Source of the DNA: Candidatus Micrarchaeia archaeon
GTDB taxonomy: Archaea; Micrarchaeota; Micrarchaeia; Burarchaeales; JAVZCV01
Length of the DNA: 46,697 bases
Assembly (NCBI GenBank): GCA_038874215.1
Contig: JAVZCV010000006.1
Location: 1-46,697 of the forward strand
Direction: 5' to 3'
Made by a program: the position numbers and the translations under genes. This document shows positions 28,414 through 37,103 of this stretch, one piece after another (the stretch's first letter is position 1; the number at the start of each line of letters is the position of its first letter). Below the pieces are notes generated by a model, which was given only the letters and a program-made list of their open reading frames with translations, made no database searches and was not told the DNA's origin.

Positions 28414-28578
28414 GCGGGGGTGGCAGAGCCTGGTCAATAACTTCCCTTTGGGATACCAAGGCAAAGTTGGCCAAATGTGCAGGACTGAGGCTCCTGTGCC
28501 TTTAGTGGCTGCGTGGGTTCTCGCCCCTTCCAAGGAAAAAAAGAAGATGGTGGCGGCCCAAAAATCCCACCCCCCGCA
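28414..28578 (+). tRNA. tRNA-Leu(GAG) with two introns (21/22 and 56/57)
   Basis: Acceptor GCGGGGG/CCCCCGC-A; anticodon arm CAGGA-CTGAGGC-TCCTG. Introns 28438-28474 (helix GGTC/GGCC, bulges AA|T and AA|A) and 28521-28561 (GGGT/GCCC, TC|T and AA|A). Confidence 0.93.
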
Positions 28579-28595
28579 TTTCTCTCGGTGGTTCA

Positions 28596-28943
28596 ATGAT
28601 AAAAGGACCTGAAAACGAACATAAGCGCACCCTCATCATAACCCTGCGCAGGAGCAAAAGCCCTTTTTGGAGAGCAGTGGCTCGGCATCTGAGCAAGCCT
28701 GCAAGAAAATCCGTTGAGGTAAACCTGCTAAAAATAAACAAACTGACAAAAATAAACGACACTGTAATCGTGCCTGGGAAGGTACTCGGCTATGGCGCAT
28801 TATCGCACCCAATAACCGTGGGCGCATTTTCGTACTCATCGCAGGCGAAGGCGAAAATAGAAATGGCAAATGGGAAAGCTTTTAGCATAGAGAAGATATA
28901 CGGGGAAAACCCATCTGGAAAAGGGTTGATGTTGCTTACGTAA
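28596..28943 (+). CDS. rpl18e: 50S ribosomal protein eL18
   Basis: FWRAVA..L, VNL.KI, VPGKVLGYG, NPSG. Confidence 0.96.
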   Translation: MIKGPENEHKRTLIITLRRSKSPFWRAVARHLSKPARKSVEVNLLKINKLTKINDTVIVPGKVLGYGALSHPITVGAFSYSSQAKAKIEMANGKAFSIEKIYGENPSGKGLMLLT

Positions 28944-28954
28944 TGGTGTGTGGC

Positions 28955-29398
28955 ATGGAAAGCGAAAAGTTTGACATAGTCATAGATTGCTCCGATTGCG
29001 TTGTAGGAAGGATCGGCGCACACGTTGCAAAAAAACTTTTACTGGGATATAAAGTCGCACTTCTAAATGCCGAGAGGGCCCTATTCAGCGGCAGTTTAAG
29101 AAACCTGAAAGAGAAATACCAGACGAGAAGGAGTTTGAAAAACAAGGCGAATCCAGAATTCTCACCAAAATGGCCGAGAAGACCTGACCTGCTCGTTAAG
29201 AGGATAATAAGGGGCATGCTTCCTTGGGGAAGCGCGAGGGGAAGGGATGCCTACCACAACCTGCGCGTTTATATTGGAAATCCCAAAAACATGAAGCCCA
29301 ACAAGGAGTTCGGTAAAGTGGGGGATAAGACTAAATATGTTTCCGTTGAAAAACTCTGCTTGCAGCTGGGCTACGCCCCAAAAGCAAAAGGTGGATAG
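28955..29398 (+). CDS. rpl13: 50S ribosomal protein uL13
   Basis: GRI...VAKKLL, NAE, PRRPD..VKR.IRGMLP; start could alternatively be 28943. Confidence 0.96.
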   Translation: MESEKFDIVIDCSDCVVGRIGAHVAKKLLLGYKVALLNAERALFSGSLRNLKEKYQTRRSLKNKANPEFSPKWPRRPDLLVKRIIRGMLPWGSARGRDAYHNLRVYIGNPKNMKPNKEFGKVGDKTKYVSVEKLCLQLGYAPKAKGG

Positions 29399-29833
29399 AT
29401 GGCGCAGAAAAAAGAAGAAAAAAAGCCAAAGAAAGAGGTAATCGTTTTCGCACGGGGAAAGAGAAAAGAAAGCGTAGCTCGTGTTAGGCTGAAGAAAGGC
29501 ACCGGGAAAATACGGTTCAACGGTTTTGATGTTAATACGCTTGAAAATAACTACATGCGCCAGATTCTTTTAGAGCCCCTTGAACTGGCGGGCGATGTTG
29601 CAGGAGGAGTTGATATAAGCATAAACGTAAGCGGCGGTGGACCGATGGGCCAGATAGAGGCTGCAAGGCTTGCAATAGCAAAGGCCGTAGTTGAGTATAC
29701 GGGAGACCAATCCATAAAAGAGAGGATGCTTGAGCAGGATAGGCACCTGCTTGTTGAGGATAGCAGAAGGGTTGAGCCGAAGAAATACCGTGGCAGGAAG
29801 GCGAGGGCGAGGTTCCAAAAATCATACAGGTGA
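29399..29833 (+). CDS. rps9: 30S ribosomal protein uS9
   Basis: [33 protein letters not shown]. Confidence 0.97.
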   Translation: MAQKKEEKKPKKEVIVFARGKRKESVARVRLKKGTGKIRFNGFDVNTLENNYMRQILLEPLELAGDVAGGVDISINVSGGGPMGQIEAARLAIAKAVVEYTGDQSIKERMLEQDRHLLVEDSRRVEPKKYRGRKARARFQKSYR

Positions 29834-29837
29834 TGCT

Positions 29838-30035
29838 GTGATAATACCGATAAGATGTTTTACATGCGGTGCTGTGATAGCGCACAAATATGAGGAATAC
29901 AAGGAGCGCATAAGAAACGGCGAGAAAGCAGCAGATGTGCTGACCGACTTGGGGATAAAGCGCTACTGCTGCAGGCGCATGTTCCTGAGCCATGTGGATT
30001 TAATAGATGAAGTTGCAAAATATGGTAGGTTTTAG
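29838..30035 (+). CDS. rpoN: RNA polymerase subunit N (Rpo10)
   Basis: [26 protein letters not shown] start at 29838. Confidence 0.97.
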   Translation: MIIPIRCFTCGAVIAHKYEEYKERIRNGEKAADVLTDLGIKRYCCRRMFLSHVDLIDEVAKYGRF

Positions 30036-30195
30036 GGGGCCGTAGGGTAGCCTGGTCATCCTTCCGGCTGGGTTCTCTTTTGGAAAGGTAACCAAAAGAA
30101 AACCTCCGGTCTGGGGATGGCCGCCAGAATGCCGGCGACCCGAGCAACCCTCCCTTCTCAGGAAGGGTGCGGGAATTCAAATCTCGGCGGCCCCA
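30036..30195 (+). tRNA. tRNA-Pro(GGG) with three introns (about 32/33, 37/38, 53/54)
   Basis: Acceptor GGGGCCG/CGGCCCC-A; anticodon stem CCGGC/GCCGG; T arm CCGAG-TTCAAAT-CTCGG. Introns 30070-30111, 30117-30129 and 30145-30175, each with a 4-bp central helix and NN|N bulges. Confidence 0.9.
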
Positions 30196-30212
30196 TTTTA
30201 TTCGGTGAGAAG

Positions 30213-30989
30213 ATGAGCGAACTGTTGGTCCCGCAGGAGAACTACCTTGAAGCAGGAATACACATAGGCACAAAGCTGAAAACACCATACACAAGACAAT
30301 TCATATACAAGGCGAGGCAGGATGGACTATACGTTTTAGACCTTAAGCAGGTTGATGAGCGGATAAGAACAGCAGCGAAGCTCCTTGCAAGGTACAACAG
30401 CGAGGATATCCTTGTAACCGCATCGCGGACATACGCAGCAAGCGCTGCGATGAGATTTGCCCAGCTTACAGGATGCAAAGTTAAAACTGGAAGGTTTATA
30501 CCCGGTTCTTTTACAAACCCAAACAGGGAGGATTTCATAGAGCCCAAGCTTCTTCTCGTTTCAGACCCAAGAGGAGAATGGCAGGCCGTCGTTGAGGCTT
30601 CTCAGATAGGCATACCAGTAATAGCGCTTTGCGATACGGACAACTCAGCAAAATTCGTGGATTACGTAATACCCTGCAACAACAAAGGGCGCAAGTCCCT
30701 TTCCCTTGTTTATTACCTCCTCGCAAGGGAGATGCTTAGGGAGAAAGGAAAGCTTGACGATTCATTCCCGTCTTTTGAGAAATTTGATGAAGGGCAGGAG
30801 CAGGAGAGCGGAGAGGAGAGTGCAGTTGTTGAAAAAACCGAGCCTGCATCCCAACCCCAGAGCGCCGAGCCCCAGAAGGAAGAAGTAAAAGCGGAAGCCG
30901 AAGAAAAGGGGGAAGAAAAGGCAGAAAAGAAAAAATTGGGCAGAAAAAAGAAAGCGAATAAAGAAGAGAAGAACGCTGAAGGGGCTTAA
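30213..30989 (+). CDS. rps2: 30S ribosomal protein uS2 with acidic/Lys-rich tail
   Basis: YLEAGIHIGT, GRFIPGSFTNP, IALCDTDN, PCNNKG; ATG at 30213 after GGTGA. Confidence 0.97.
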   Translation: MSELLVPQENYLEAGIHIGTKLKTPYTRQFIYKARQDGLYVLDLKQVDERIRTAAKLLARYNSEDILVTASRTYAASAAMRFAQLTGCKVKTGRFIPGSFTNPNREDFIEPKLLLVSDPRGEWQAVVEASQIGIPVIALCDTDNSAKFVDYVIPCNNKGRKSLSLVYYLLAREMLREKGKLDDSFPSFEKFDEGQEQESGEESAVVEKTEPASQPQSAEPQKEEVKAEAEEKGEEKAEKKKLGRKKKANKEEKNAEGA

Positions 30990-30994
30990 TCTTC

Positions 30995-32143
30995 CTATCC
31001 TCCCGCATTTCTTACGCACAACTGTTTTGTTAAGTAATACTCTATCTGCTCGCAGATGCTCGCATTCTTATTTAGAACCGCATTTTCATAATAGCAGTGG
31101 TCCTTCCATGTGGGGTTTAAAACTCTCCCGCATGCTTCAGCATCGTACTTGTATTGCCTCGTCAGTATTATCGTCCTATAGCACGTGTCCCTCCAAACGT
31201 TGTTCTCAAGGTAATTGCAGACTGAAGGGTCATTCCTGCTTTTTGCTATATCAAACCTGCAAAGGTCCCTCTCCACATCCCTCTTTATGTTAGCGCAAAC
31301 GCTGACATTTGTTACGAATGCAACCGCCCTATAACAATCATCGTTATCCTTCTCTCTTTCTGGCTTTGCACACAGTGATGGTTTCTTCTTTGAAACCGCA
31401 AGGTTCATGTAGCACGGAACGCTGTATGTTGATGTCAGAATCTTATCGCAGAGACTTTCGTTAAGCGTCTCCTCAGCGAATTTCTCATAGCAGAAATCCC
31501 TCTTCATGTATTCTAAACCATCACAGGCAGTGATGTTTCCCAAAATGCTCAGGCAGACATGCCTGAAAACGTCATTGCTTATCTCCCCGCATATTGAAGA
31601 GTTGCTGTTATTCAACGCAACCTCATAATAGCATGAATCAATTTTCGCACCAGCTTCCTCACATTTGCCGATGTCCCCGAGCGATGCAAGGCAGACTATC
31701 CTTTCATAACCTTCAAGCTCTTTGCAAGGGGGTTCTACAAACCTTTCAATACACTTTGCCCTGAGCACCTCATTCCCTATTCCTGAGCAGTAAGAAGAGT
31801 CGTTCAGCCTAATTGCGGCATCCATCATGCACGAATCTCTCCTGCTTGCGTTTGAGAGCGTGTCGCAGAGCTTCGGGTCCTTCTCCGCAAAAGTATATAT
31901 GCAATTATCCCTAAGGGAGGCGTTGTCTATTTTACCGCATTCCTCCACCGCGCTTTCATCTCTTGCCTTCAGTAGATAGCAGTAGTCCCTGTTTATCCCG
32001 CTCTTCGCCTCGCAGCCTTCCAAAATCGTCGCATTCTGCGTTGCATTCATAACGATTATTACGGGCGTCGGCTTCTTTTCCTCCTTTTGCATACAGCCAG
32101 CAAGCAAAATTAGAATAAGCAACAAAATTCCGTATGACCTCAA
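30995..32143 (-). CDS. Putative lipoprotein with about 14 Cys-pair repeats
   Basis: Lipobox-like LLAGC after a hydrophobic stretch; repeats C-x(9-11)-C with an RD-x-CY...A consensus; several N-x-S/T sequons. Confidence 0.8.
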   Translation of the reverse strand: MRSYGILLLILILLAGCMQKEEKKPTPVIIVMNATQNATILEGCEAKSGINRDYCYLLKARDESAVEECGKIDNASLRDNCIYTFAEKDPKLCDTLSNASRRDSCMMDAAIRLNDSSYCSGIGNEVLRAKCIERFVEPPCKELEGYERIVCLASLGDIGKCEEAGAKIDSCYYEVALNNSNSSICGEISNDVFRHVCLSILGNITACDGLEYMKRDFCYEKFAEETLNESLCDKILTSTYSVPCYMNLAVSKKKPSLCAKPEREKDNDDCYRAVAFVTNVSVCANIKRDVERDLCRFDIAKSRNDPSVCNYLENNVWRDTCYRTIILTRQYKYDAEACGRVLNPTWKDHCYYENAVLNKNASICEQIEYYLTKQLCVRNAGG

Positions 32144-32236
32144 CAGACCACCGACACTTTATAACCAAAATATTTTATAAATAGATAGCTCAAAAAATTC
32201 TTTTTAGTCTCTACTATGTATTGGCGAGGTGGAATT

Positions 32237-33310
32237 ATGGCAAAATTGCGGGTTGGAGTTCTCGGAGCGACGGGCATGGTTGGCCAGAAGTTCATAACAC
32301 TGCTTGAAAACCATCCTTGGTTTGAGGTTGTAGCAGTTGCGGCATCGCCCCGCTCTGCTGGGAAGAAATACTCTGAGGCTGTTGAGGGCAGGTGGTACTC
32401 CAAAAACCCAATTCCTGATGGAGTAAGCGACCTTGTAGTTTCAGACGTAAAAGAGATTGACAAAATGAAGGGCAATGTGGATTTTGTTTTCTCAGCCCTT
32501 GATATGCCAAAAGACGAGATAAAGGCTCTTGAAGACAAGTACGCCGAGAATGATATCCCCGTAGTTTCAAACAACTCAGCCCATAGATGGACAAAAGACG
32601 TCCCGATGATAATGCCCGAGATAAATCCCCACCACATAGCTCTGATAGATATCCAGAGAAAAAACCACGGATGGAAAAAGGGCTTTGTTGTAGTCAAACC
32701 GAACTGTTCCCTTCAGAGCTATCTGCCAGCAATCGCTCCACTTATGGACTTTAAGCCGAACAGGATGATTGTATGCACGATGCAGGCTGTTTCGGGAGCT
32801 GGGAAGACTTTTGAGACATTCCCCGAGATAGCAGACAACGTAATACCTTTTATAAAAGGAGAGGAAGAGAAATCAGAGCAGGAGCCGCTCAAAATTCTCG
32901 GCAAAATAAAGAATGGCGAGGTTGTGAATTTTGATGGAATTAAGATATCTGCACACTGCAACAGAGTCCCTACATCAGATGGACATATGGCGGCCGTTTC
33001 TGTCGGTTTTAGGAAGAAGCCAACGAGAGAACAGATTCTTGAGCTCTGGAAGGACTACAAGCCTCTCCCACAACAGCTAAAGCTTCCGAGTGCCCCCGAC
33101 CCCGTTCTCATATACCATGAGGACGAGACAAGGCCACAGACGAGGCTTGATAGGGATAATGGAAACGGAATGGCGATAACCATCGGAAGGCTTCGCGAGT
33201 GCTTCGTGCTTGATTACAGGTTTGTCGCCCTTTCGCACAACACCGTGAGGGGAGCGGCTGGGGGAGCAATTCTAACAGCAGAGTTGCTGAAAGCCAAGGG
33301 CTACCTATAG
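32237..33310 (+). CDS. asd: Aspartate-semialdehyde dehydrogenase
   Basis: GATGMVGQ Rossmann motif, catalytic PNCS, QAVSGAG, CNRVP..DGH, SHNTVRGAAG. Confidence 0.93.
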   Translation: MAKLRVGVLGATGMVGQKFITLLENHPWFEVVAVAASPRSAGKKYSEAVEGRWYSKNPIPDGVSDLVVSDVKEIDKMKGNVDFVFSALDMPKDEIKALEDKYAENDIPVVSNNSAHRWTKDVPMIMPEINPHHIALIDIQRKNHGWKKGFVVVKPNCSLQSYLPAIAPLMDFKPNRMIVCTMQAVSGAGKTFETFPEIADNVIPFIKGEEEKSEQEPLKILGKIKNGEVVNFDGIKISAHCNRVPTSDGHMAAVSVGFRKKPTREQILELWKDYKPLPQQLKLPSAPDPVLIYHEDETRPQTRLDRDNGNGMAITIGRLRECFVLDYRFVALSHNTVRGAAGGAILTAELLKAKGYL

Positions 33311-33321
33311 CATATGGTTCC

Positions 33322-34470
33322 ATGCCTTCACTGCGCTTTTATGCAATCGCATTCTCTGCTCTTCTCTTTTTCGTATTTTTTATCCTATCCCTTTACTATA
33401 ATTACTCTCTCAAAACTTCGCTTGATAAAACCACGCACGAGCTTGAGGCAAAATCGCGTGCTCTTGCAGAAGCCGAAACAAACATGAGCCGTCTTAATGG
33501 GAAATTGGCAGAAAGAGATGCACAGCTTTCTATTCTAAAAAGGGACATGGAATCACTTTCCTCAGAGTATAATAGAACAAAAGAGGAGCTCAGCGTATGC
33601 GAGTCGGAGCTTTTTGCGGCAAAAAGAGAGATAAACGAAACGAAGAGTAGGCTAACAGAAACAAAATCAGAGTTCCAAAATCTTCTAGCAGAACTTCTGG
33701 GGATAGAGGAATCGGTCAACTCGTCAATTCAGTGGTTCAGGGATAACTCCGTTTTTACGCCTTCAATGCAAAGCCTCCGTACCTCAATCTCAAGCAGGTG
33801 CGTGCAGGATTCAAAGCTAAACCTTGCATGCATTCCCTACGTTCTTGAGAAATATCGCAACTTTAGGTATGTTTCAGAAGAGCCAGACCGCCTCTATCCG
33901 CTTGAAGAGATGCTTAATAGGGGAGGGGACTGCGAGGACTTCTCGCTTCTGCTGAAGGCGTTCCTGAACACTATGAAGCAATCTGGCGCGAATCTAAAAG
34001 TTGAGGCGTGGAAGGAAGACCCACATTCAACATATACAATCTACGAAACAGATGTCGGATATGTTTACTATGATAATGCCATACCGCATAGTCTGGGATA
34101 CCTGAACTCAATTTATCCAATTGTCATCTGCTACACAACAGTCTATGCACCCCCTATTTCTGAAGGGCATTGCATAGTCGCGCTCGCAGAAAAAGAGCCC
34201 TCCTCTGTGCAGCAACTATACGGACTTGAAGGTGCCGAGACGTTTGAGCCTCAAACTGGTGAATACAAAGGGAGGATAGGGTGGGATTTTTTCATATGCC
34301 ATGAAGGCGATAGAGAATGCGAGAGAACGATAAACGGCATAACCTTTGTAATCACCAATAGCGATCTCTTCACCTTCACTGATGGGGAATGGAAGAGCTA
34401 TTCTATGTACCAGGACCGTCTCGTAGCACTGGAAGAACGCCTGCGCAGAGCGCTTGAAGGAGAAGACTAA
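33322..34470 (+). CDS. Membrane-anchored coiled-coil protein with a transglutaminase-like (papain-fold) domain
   Basis: N-terminal TM, about 100-aa coiled coil, GGDCEDFSLL (Cys), EGHCIVAL (His), FEPQTG (acid). Confidence 0.75.
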   Translation: MPSLRFYAIAFSALLFFVFFILSLYYNYSLKTSLDKTTHELEAKSRALAEAETNMSRLNGKLAERDAQLSILKRDMESLSSEYNRTKEELSVCESELFAAKREINETKSRLTETKSEFQNLLAELLGIEESVNSSIQWFRDNSVFTPSMQSLRTSISSRCVQDSKLNLACIPYVLEKYRNFRYVSEEPDRLYPLEEMLNRGGDCEDFSLLLKAFLNTMKQSGANLKVEAWKEDPHSTYTIYETDVGYVYYDNAIPHSLGYLNSIYPIVICYTTVYAPPISEGHCIVALAEKEPSSVQQLYGLEGAETFEPQTGEYKGRIGWDFFICHEGDRECERTINGITFVITNSDLFTFTDGEWKSYSMYQDRLVALEERLRRALEGED

Positions 34471-35522
34471 TTTTTCAAATTAATCAGATACTCCTTCCGT
34501 CTTTCAGGGTCTGAAAAAATCTTCGCTTTTTCTATCTTGTCTTCTATCTCCCTGATCAAAGGCGCGCACAATTGTCGATACCCTTCCAAAATGTTTGTTT
34601 CATTCTCATTAAAACTCCTCGCAAGATTCATTGCGCTTCGAAGAGCAAAGCTTATCCCTTCACCCGTAGTCGGGCTTATAAAACCAGCACTTTCACCTAC
34701 AAGAAAAATGTTATCTCTGCCAAGAAAAACTTCATCTGTTTTCATAGGTCTAAAAATCAAAGCCGCCTCCATCATACCCCCGACCTCTTTTCCTAACCTC
34801 TTTTTTATTAAGTTTTTGAACATTTCAAACTTTTTTTCTGCTACTGGAATCTCTACCGCAGTCCCAACAACAGTCTCTGTCGTTTTTGGGATAATCCAAG
34901 AATAGAAATCGGTTATTGAGCTCTCATATACGAATAGAACACAATCATACATATTCTCGGGCAACCTGCTTTGAACGGCAATATACTGTTTTATATCACT
35001 CCCACCCATTCTTCTTCTCACAAAAGCAGCGGCACCATCCGCGCCTACCAGATAGCGTGTTCTTACAATCTCTTGTTTTTTACCTCTCAGCTTAACTCTT
35101 ATTTCTTTACCTGCCTCAAAACCAATCGCCTTAGTTTCAGAAACAAATCCTATATCCCTATTTTCAAGAAGATTGAAAAACCACCAATCAAATCTTTCTC
35201 TTGAAACATTCCATAATCTCTTTTCTCTGGATCTAACGTTTATGTTATTCTCAAAATCCGCATATTCCAACGCTACTTGCTTAGGCGATGCAAAAATATG
35301 GGAGGGCGGTTTTAATTTTCGTATTATCTCTTGGCTTTCTTCAACAAGCAATCCACCGCACGGTTTTGTGCGAGGAAAAGGTTTTTCATCAACCAACAGC
35401 ACGTCATATCTATCTGAGAGGTTATAAGCCAAAAAGCAGCCTGCAGGTCCAGCGCCAACAATCACAACATCATATACCTCTTTTATTTTTGCATTCTTAA
35501 TTTTTTCATGTTCGTAATGCAT
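34467..35522 (-). CDS. FAD-dependent oxidoreductase, geranylgeranyl reductase/CbrA-like family
   Basis: GAGPAG, KPCGG, RERFD, VGADGA, YSWIIPK, GESAGFISPTTGEGISFA. Confidence 0.85.
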   Translation of the reverse strand: MHYEHEKIKNAKIKEVYDVVIVGAGPAGCFLAYNLSDRYDVLLVDEKPFPRTKPCGGLLVEESQEIIRKLKPPSHIFASPKQVALEYADFENNINVRSREKRLWNVSRERFDWWFFNLLENRDIGFVSETKAIGFEAGKEIRVKLRGKKQEIVRTRYLVGADGAAAFVRRRMGGSDIKQYIAVQSRLPENMYDCVLFVYESSITDFYSWIIPKTTETVVGTAVEIPVAEKKFEMFKNLIKKRLGKEVGGMMEAALIFRPMKTDEVFLGRDNIFLVGESAGFISPTTGEGISFALRSAMNLARSFNENETNILEGYRQLCAPLIREIEDKIEKAKIFSDPERRKEYLINLKN

Positions 35523-35587
35523 GCTGTAAAAAATAAAAATAGTTATATTTATTATTTACTGAAAATTACTGAAAATGTGGTGGTTTT

Positions 35588-36451
35588 ATGGTTGAGCGTC
35601 TGGCACAATTTTATGAAAAGACTGTTGAGCAAAATTTGAACTATCTATATAAGGTTGAGAAGGAACTCTTCAGCGATCCTCTTCTTGCCTCTACCTTCCC
35701 GAACATACTTTCCTCCTCATCAAAAAACATTGCGAATAAATGGCGAAATGAACGCAAGTATATACGGACTAAATTCGTGGTTGATGCGCTTCCGAACTAT
35801 CCTCAGGAAATCCTTGCGCTCTCCGTTTCAATAGATGCCACCGTTAATATACTTGATGACATTCTTGATGAGACTTTATCAAAAGAAGAAAAGGGACTGT
35901 ACCTTGTGGAATTAATACGTGCAATATCATTACACAATTTAAGAAACACACCTGCAAGAATAAGGAAAGCAATTTTCAATTACTTCAATAAAATTCTAAT
36001 CGTTGCAATGTCTGAAATGTACTTCTTGGGTTGTTTATCTAAACAAGAAAATGAAAACGACTTGATAAATTCCGCATGCAGGTACTACCACGGTAGAAGT
36101 CTTGATATTGATATATTCGCAGAGCTACCGTTATTACATACCCGTATGGCAAAAAAAGACCAGCAAGCAGTCCTGAATGCTGCACGGGCTTTTAGAATTA
36201 TGAACTTGGTTAAAAAAGACCTGAAGGATTTTGAAAGAGATGTTTCCTGTAATATCCAAACTGCTCTCACCGTTCTCCATGCGAGAAAAAAGCTCACCCC
36301 GAATCTCTTTGATGGAATATATAATTATTCATTGAAGCTGTGCGATACTAAAACGGATAAAACTGCCACCATCGTTGAAAACTTCATATCAATGCTAAAA
36401 AAAGAGAAACAGGAGGTAGATAAACTCATACGTCTTTTACCCGCTCAATAA
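35588..36451 (+). CDS. Class I isoprenoid synthase (terpene synthase/prenyltransferase) fold protein
   Basis: DDxxD motif (NILDDILDE), GRSLD (GQxxD-like), second acidic motif DLKDFERD; predicted all-alpha. Confidence 0.65.
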   Translation: MVERLAQFYEKTVEQNLNYLYKVEKELFSDPLLASTFPNILSSSSKNIANKWRNERKYIRTKFVVDALPNYPQEILALSVSIDATVNILDDILDETLSKEEKGLYLVELIRAISLHNLRNTPARIRKAIFNYFNKILIVAMSEMYFLGCLSKQENENDLINSACRYYHGRSLDIDIFAELPLLHTRMAKKDQQAVLNAARAFRIMNLVKKDLKDFERDVSCNIQTALTVLHARKKLTPNLFDGIYNYSLKLCDTKTDKTATIVENFISMLKKEKQEVDKLIRLLPAQ

Positions 36452-37088
36452 GCTCCTCAAGTAGTTCCCCCTCCTTTCCCTCCTCATATCTATTCACAAA
36501 CTCCTTCTGTAGCGGGTAGATATACTCCAACTTGTATCTTCTGCATACCTCATCCCACAAGCCTCTCCTTTTCAATTCTTCTTCTGTTCCTGTTAAAAAA
36601 TCGCATTTTGCATCTCCCTTAGCCTTACACGATGTTTCAATATTCTGGCATATTGCATTATGAACAAAGCACCCTCCCCCGCCCATGCAACCAGAGATAA
36701 AGTAATCAATCGGTTCTTTTATCTTCTTACAATCCACATATCGTAAAAACGGGTTATTTTCTATAATAAAATGTGTGTAGCGCCCTGCAGAATACTCGTG
36801 TGTCTTATACAGGCCTATACCCATCGCTTCACCAAGGTCCATACCCAATGAGTAGATCTCCTCAGGTTTTTTAAGCAAAAATTTCTCCTTAATCTGTTTC
36901 ACTAGCATGTATCCCCAACACCATGATATAAAGTAAAACTGTGGGAGGCGCTGCGCTTCATAAAAATACTCTGTTAGCTCCCCTATAAAAAATGCCGGTA
37001 CTAACGTCACCGGGGTATCTTTTAAAGTTATAAGCCCGTTCTCAAATTTTATTTGTTTCGTCATAAGTAGTTTAGCCAAAAGCGCCAT
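36426..37088 (-). CDS. V4R (4-vinyl reductase) domain ligand-binding protein
   Basis: AMGIG, NNPF, PIDYFISGCMGGG....IETSCKAKGDAKCDF V4R pattern; start could be 37103 or 37094 (GTG) or 37088 (ATG). Confidence 0.8.
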   Translation of the reverse strand: MALLAKLLMTKQIKFENGLITLKDTPVTLVPAFFIGELTEYFYEAQRLPQFYFISWCWGYMLVKQIKEKFLLKKPEEIYSLGMDLGEAMGIGLYKTHEYSAGRYTHFIIENNPFLRYVDCKKIKEPIDYFISGCMGGGGCFVHNAICQNIETSCKAKGDAKCDFLTGTEEELKRRGLWDEVCRRYKLEYIYPLQKEFVNRYEEGKEGELLEELIERVKDV

Positions 37089-37103
37089 CACCACAGCAAC
37101 CAC

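Noticed and set aside
26074-30212. ORFs 26074..26286, 28412..28612, the N-terminal extension of 30117..30989, and similarly 39466..39582
   Set aside because: They overlap intron-containing tRNA genes and are spurious translations.
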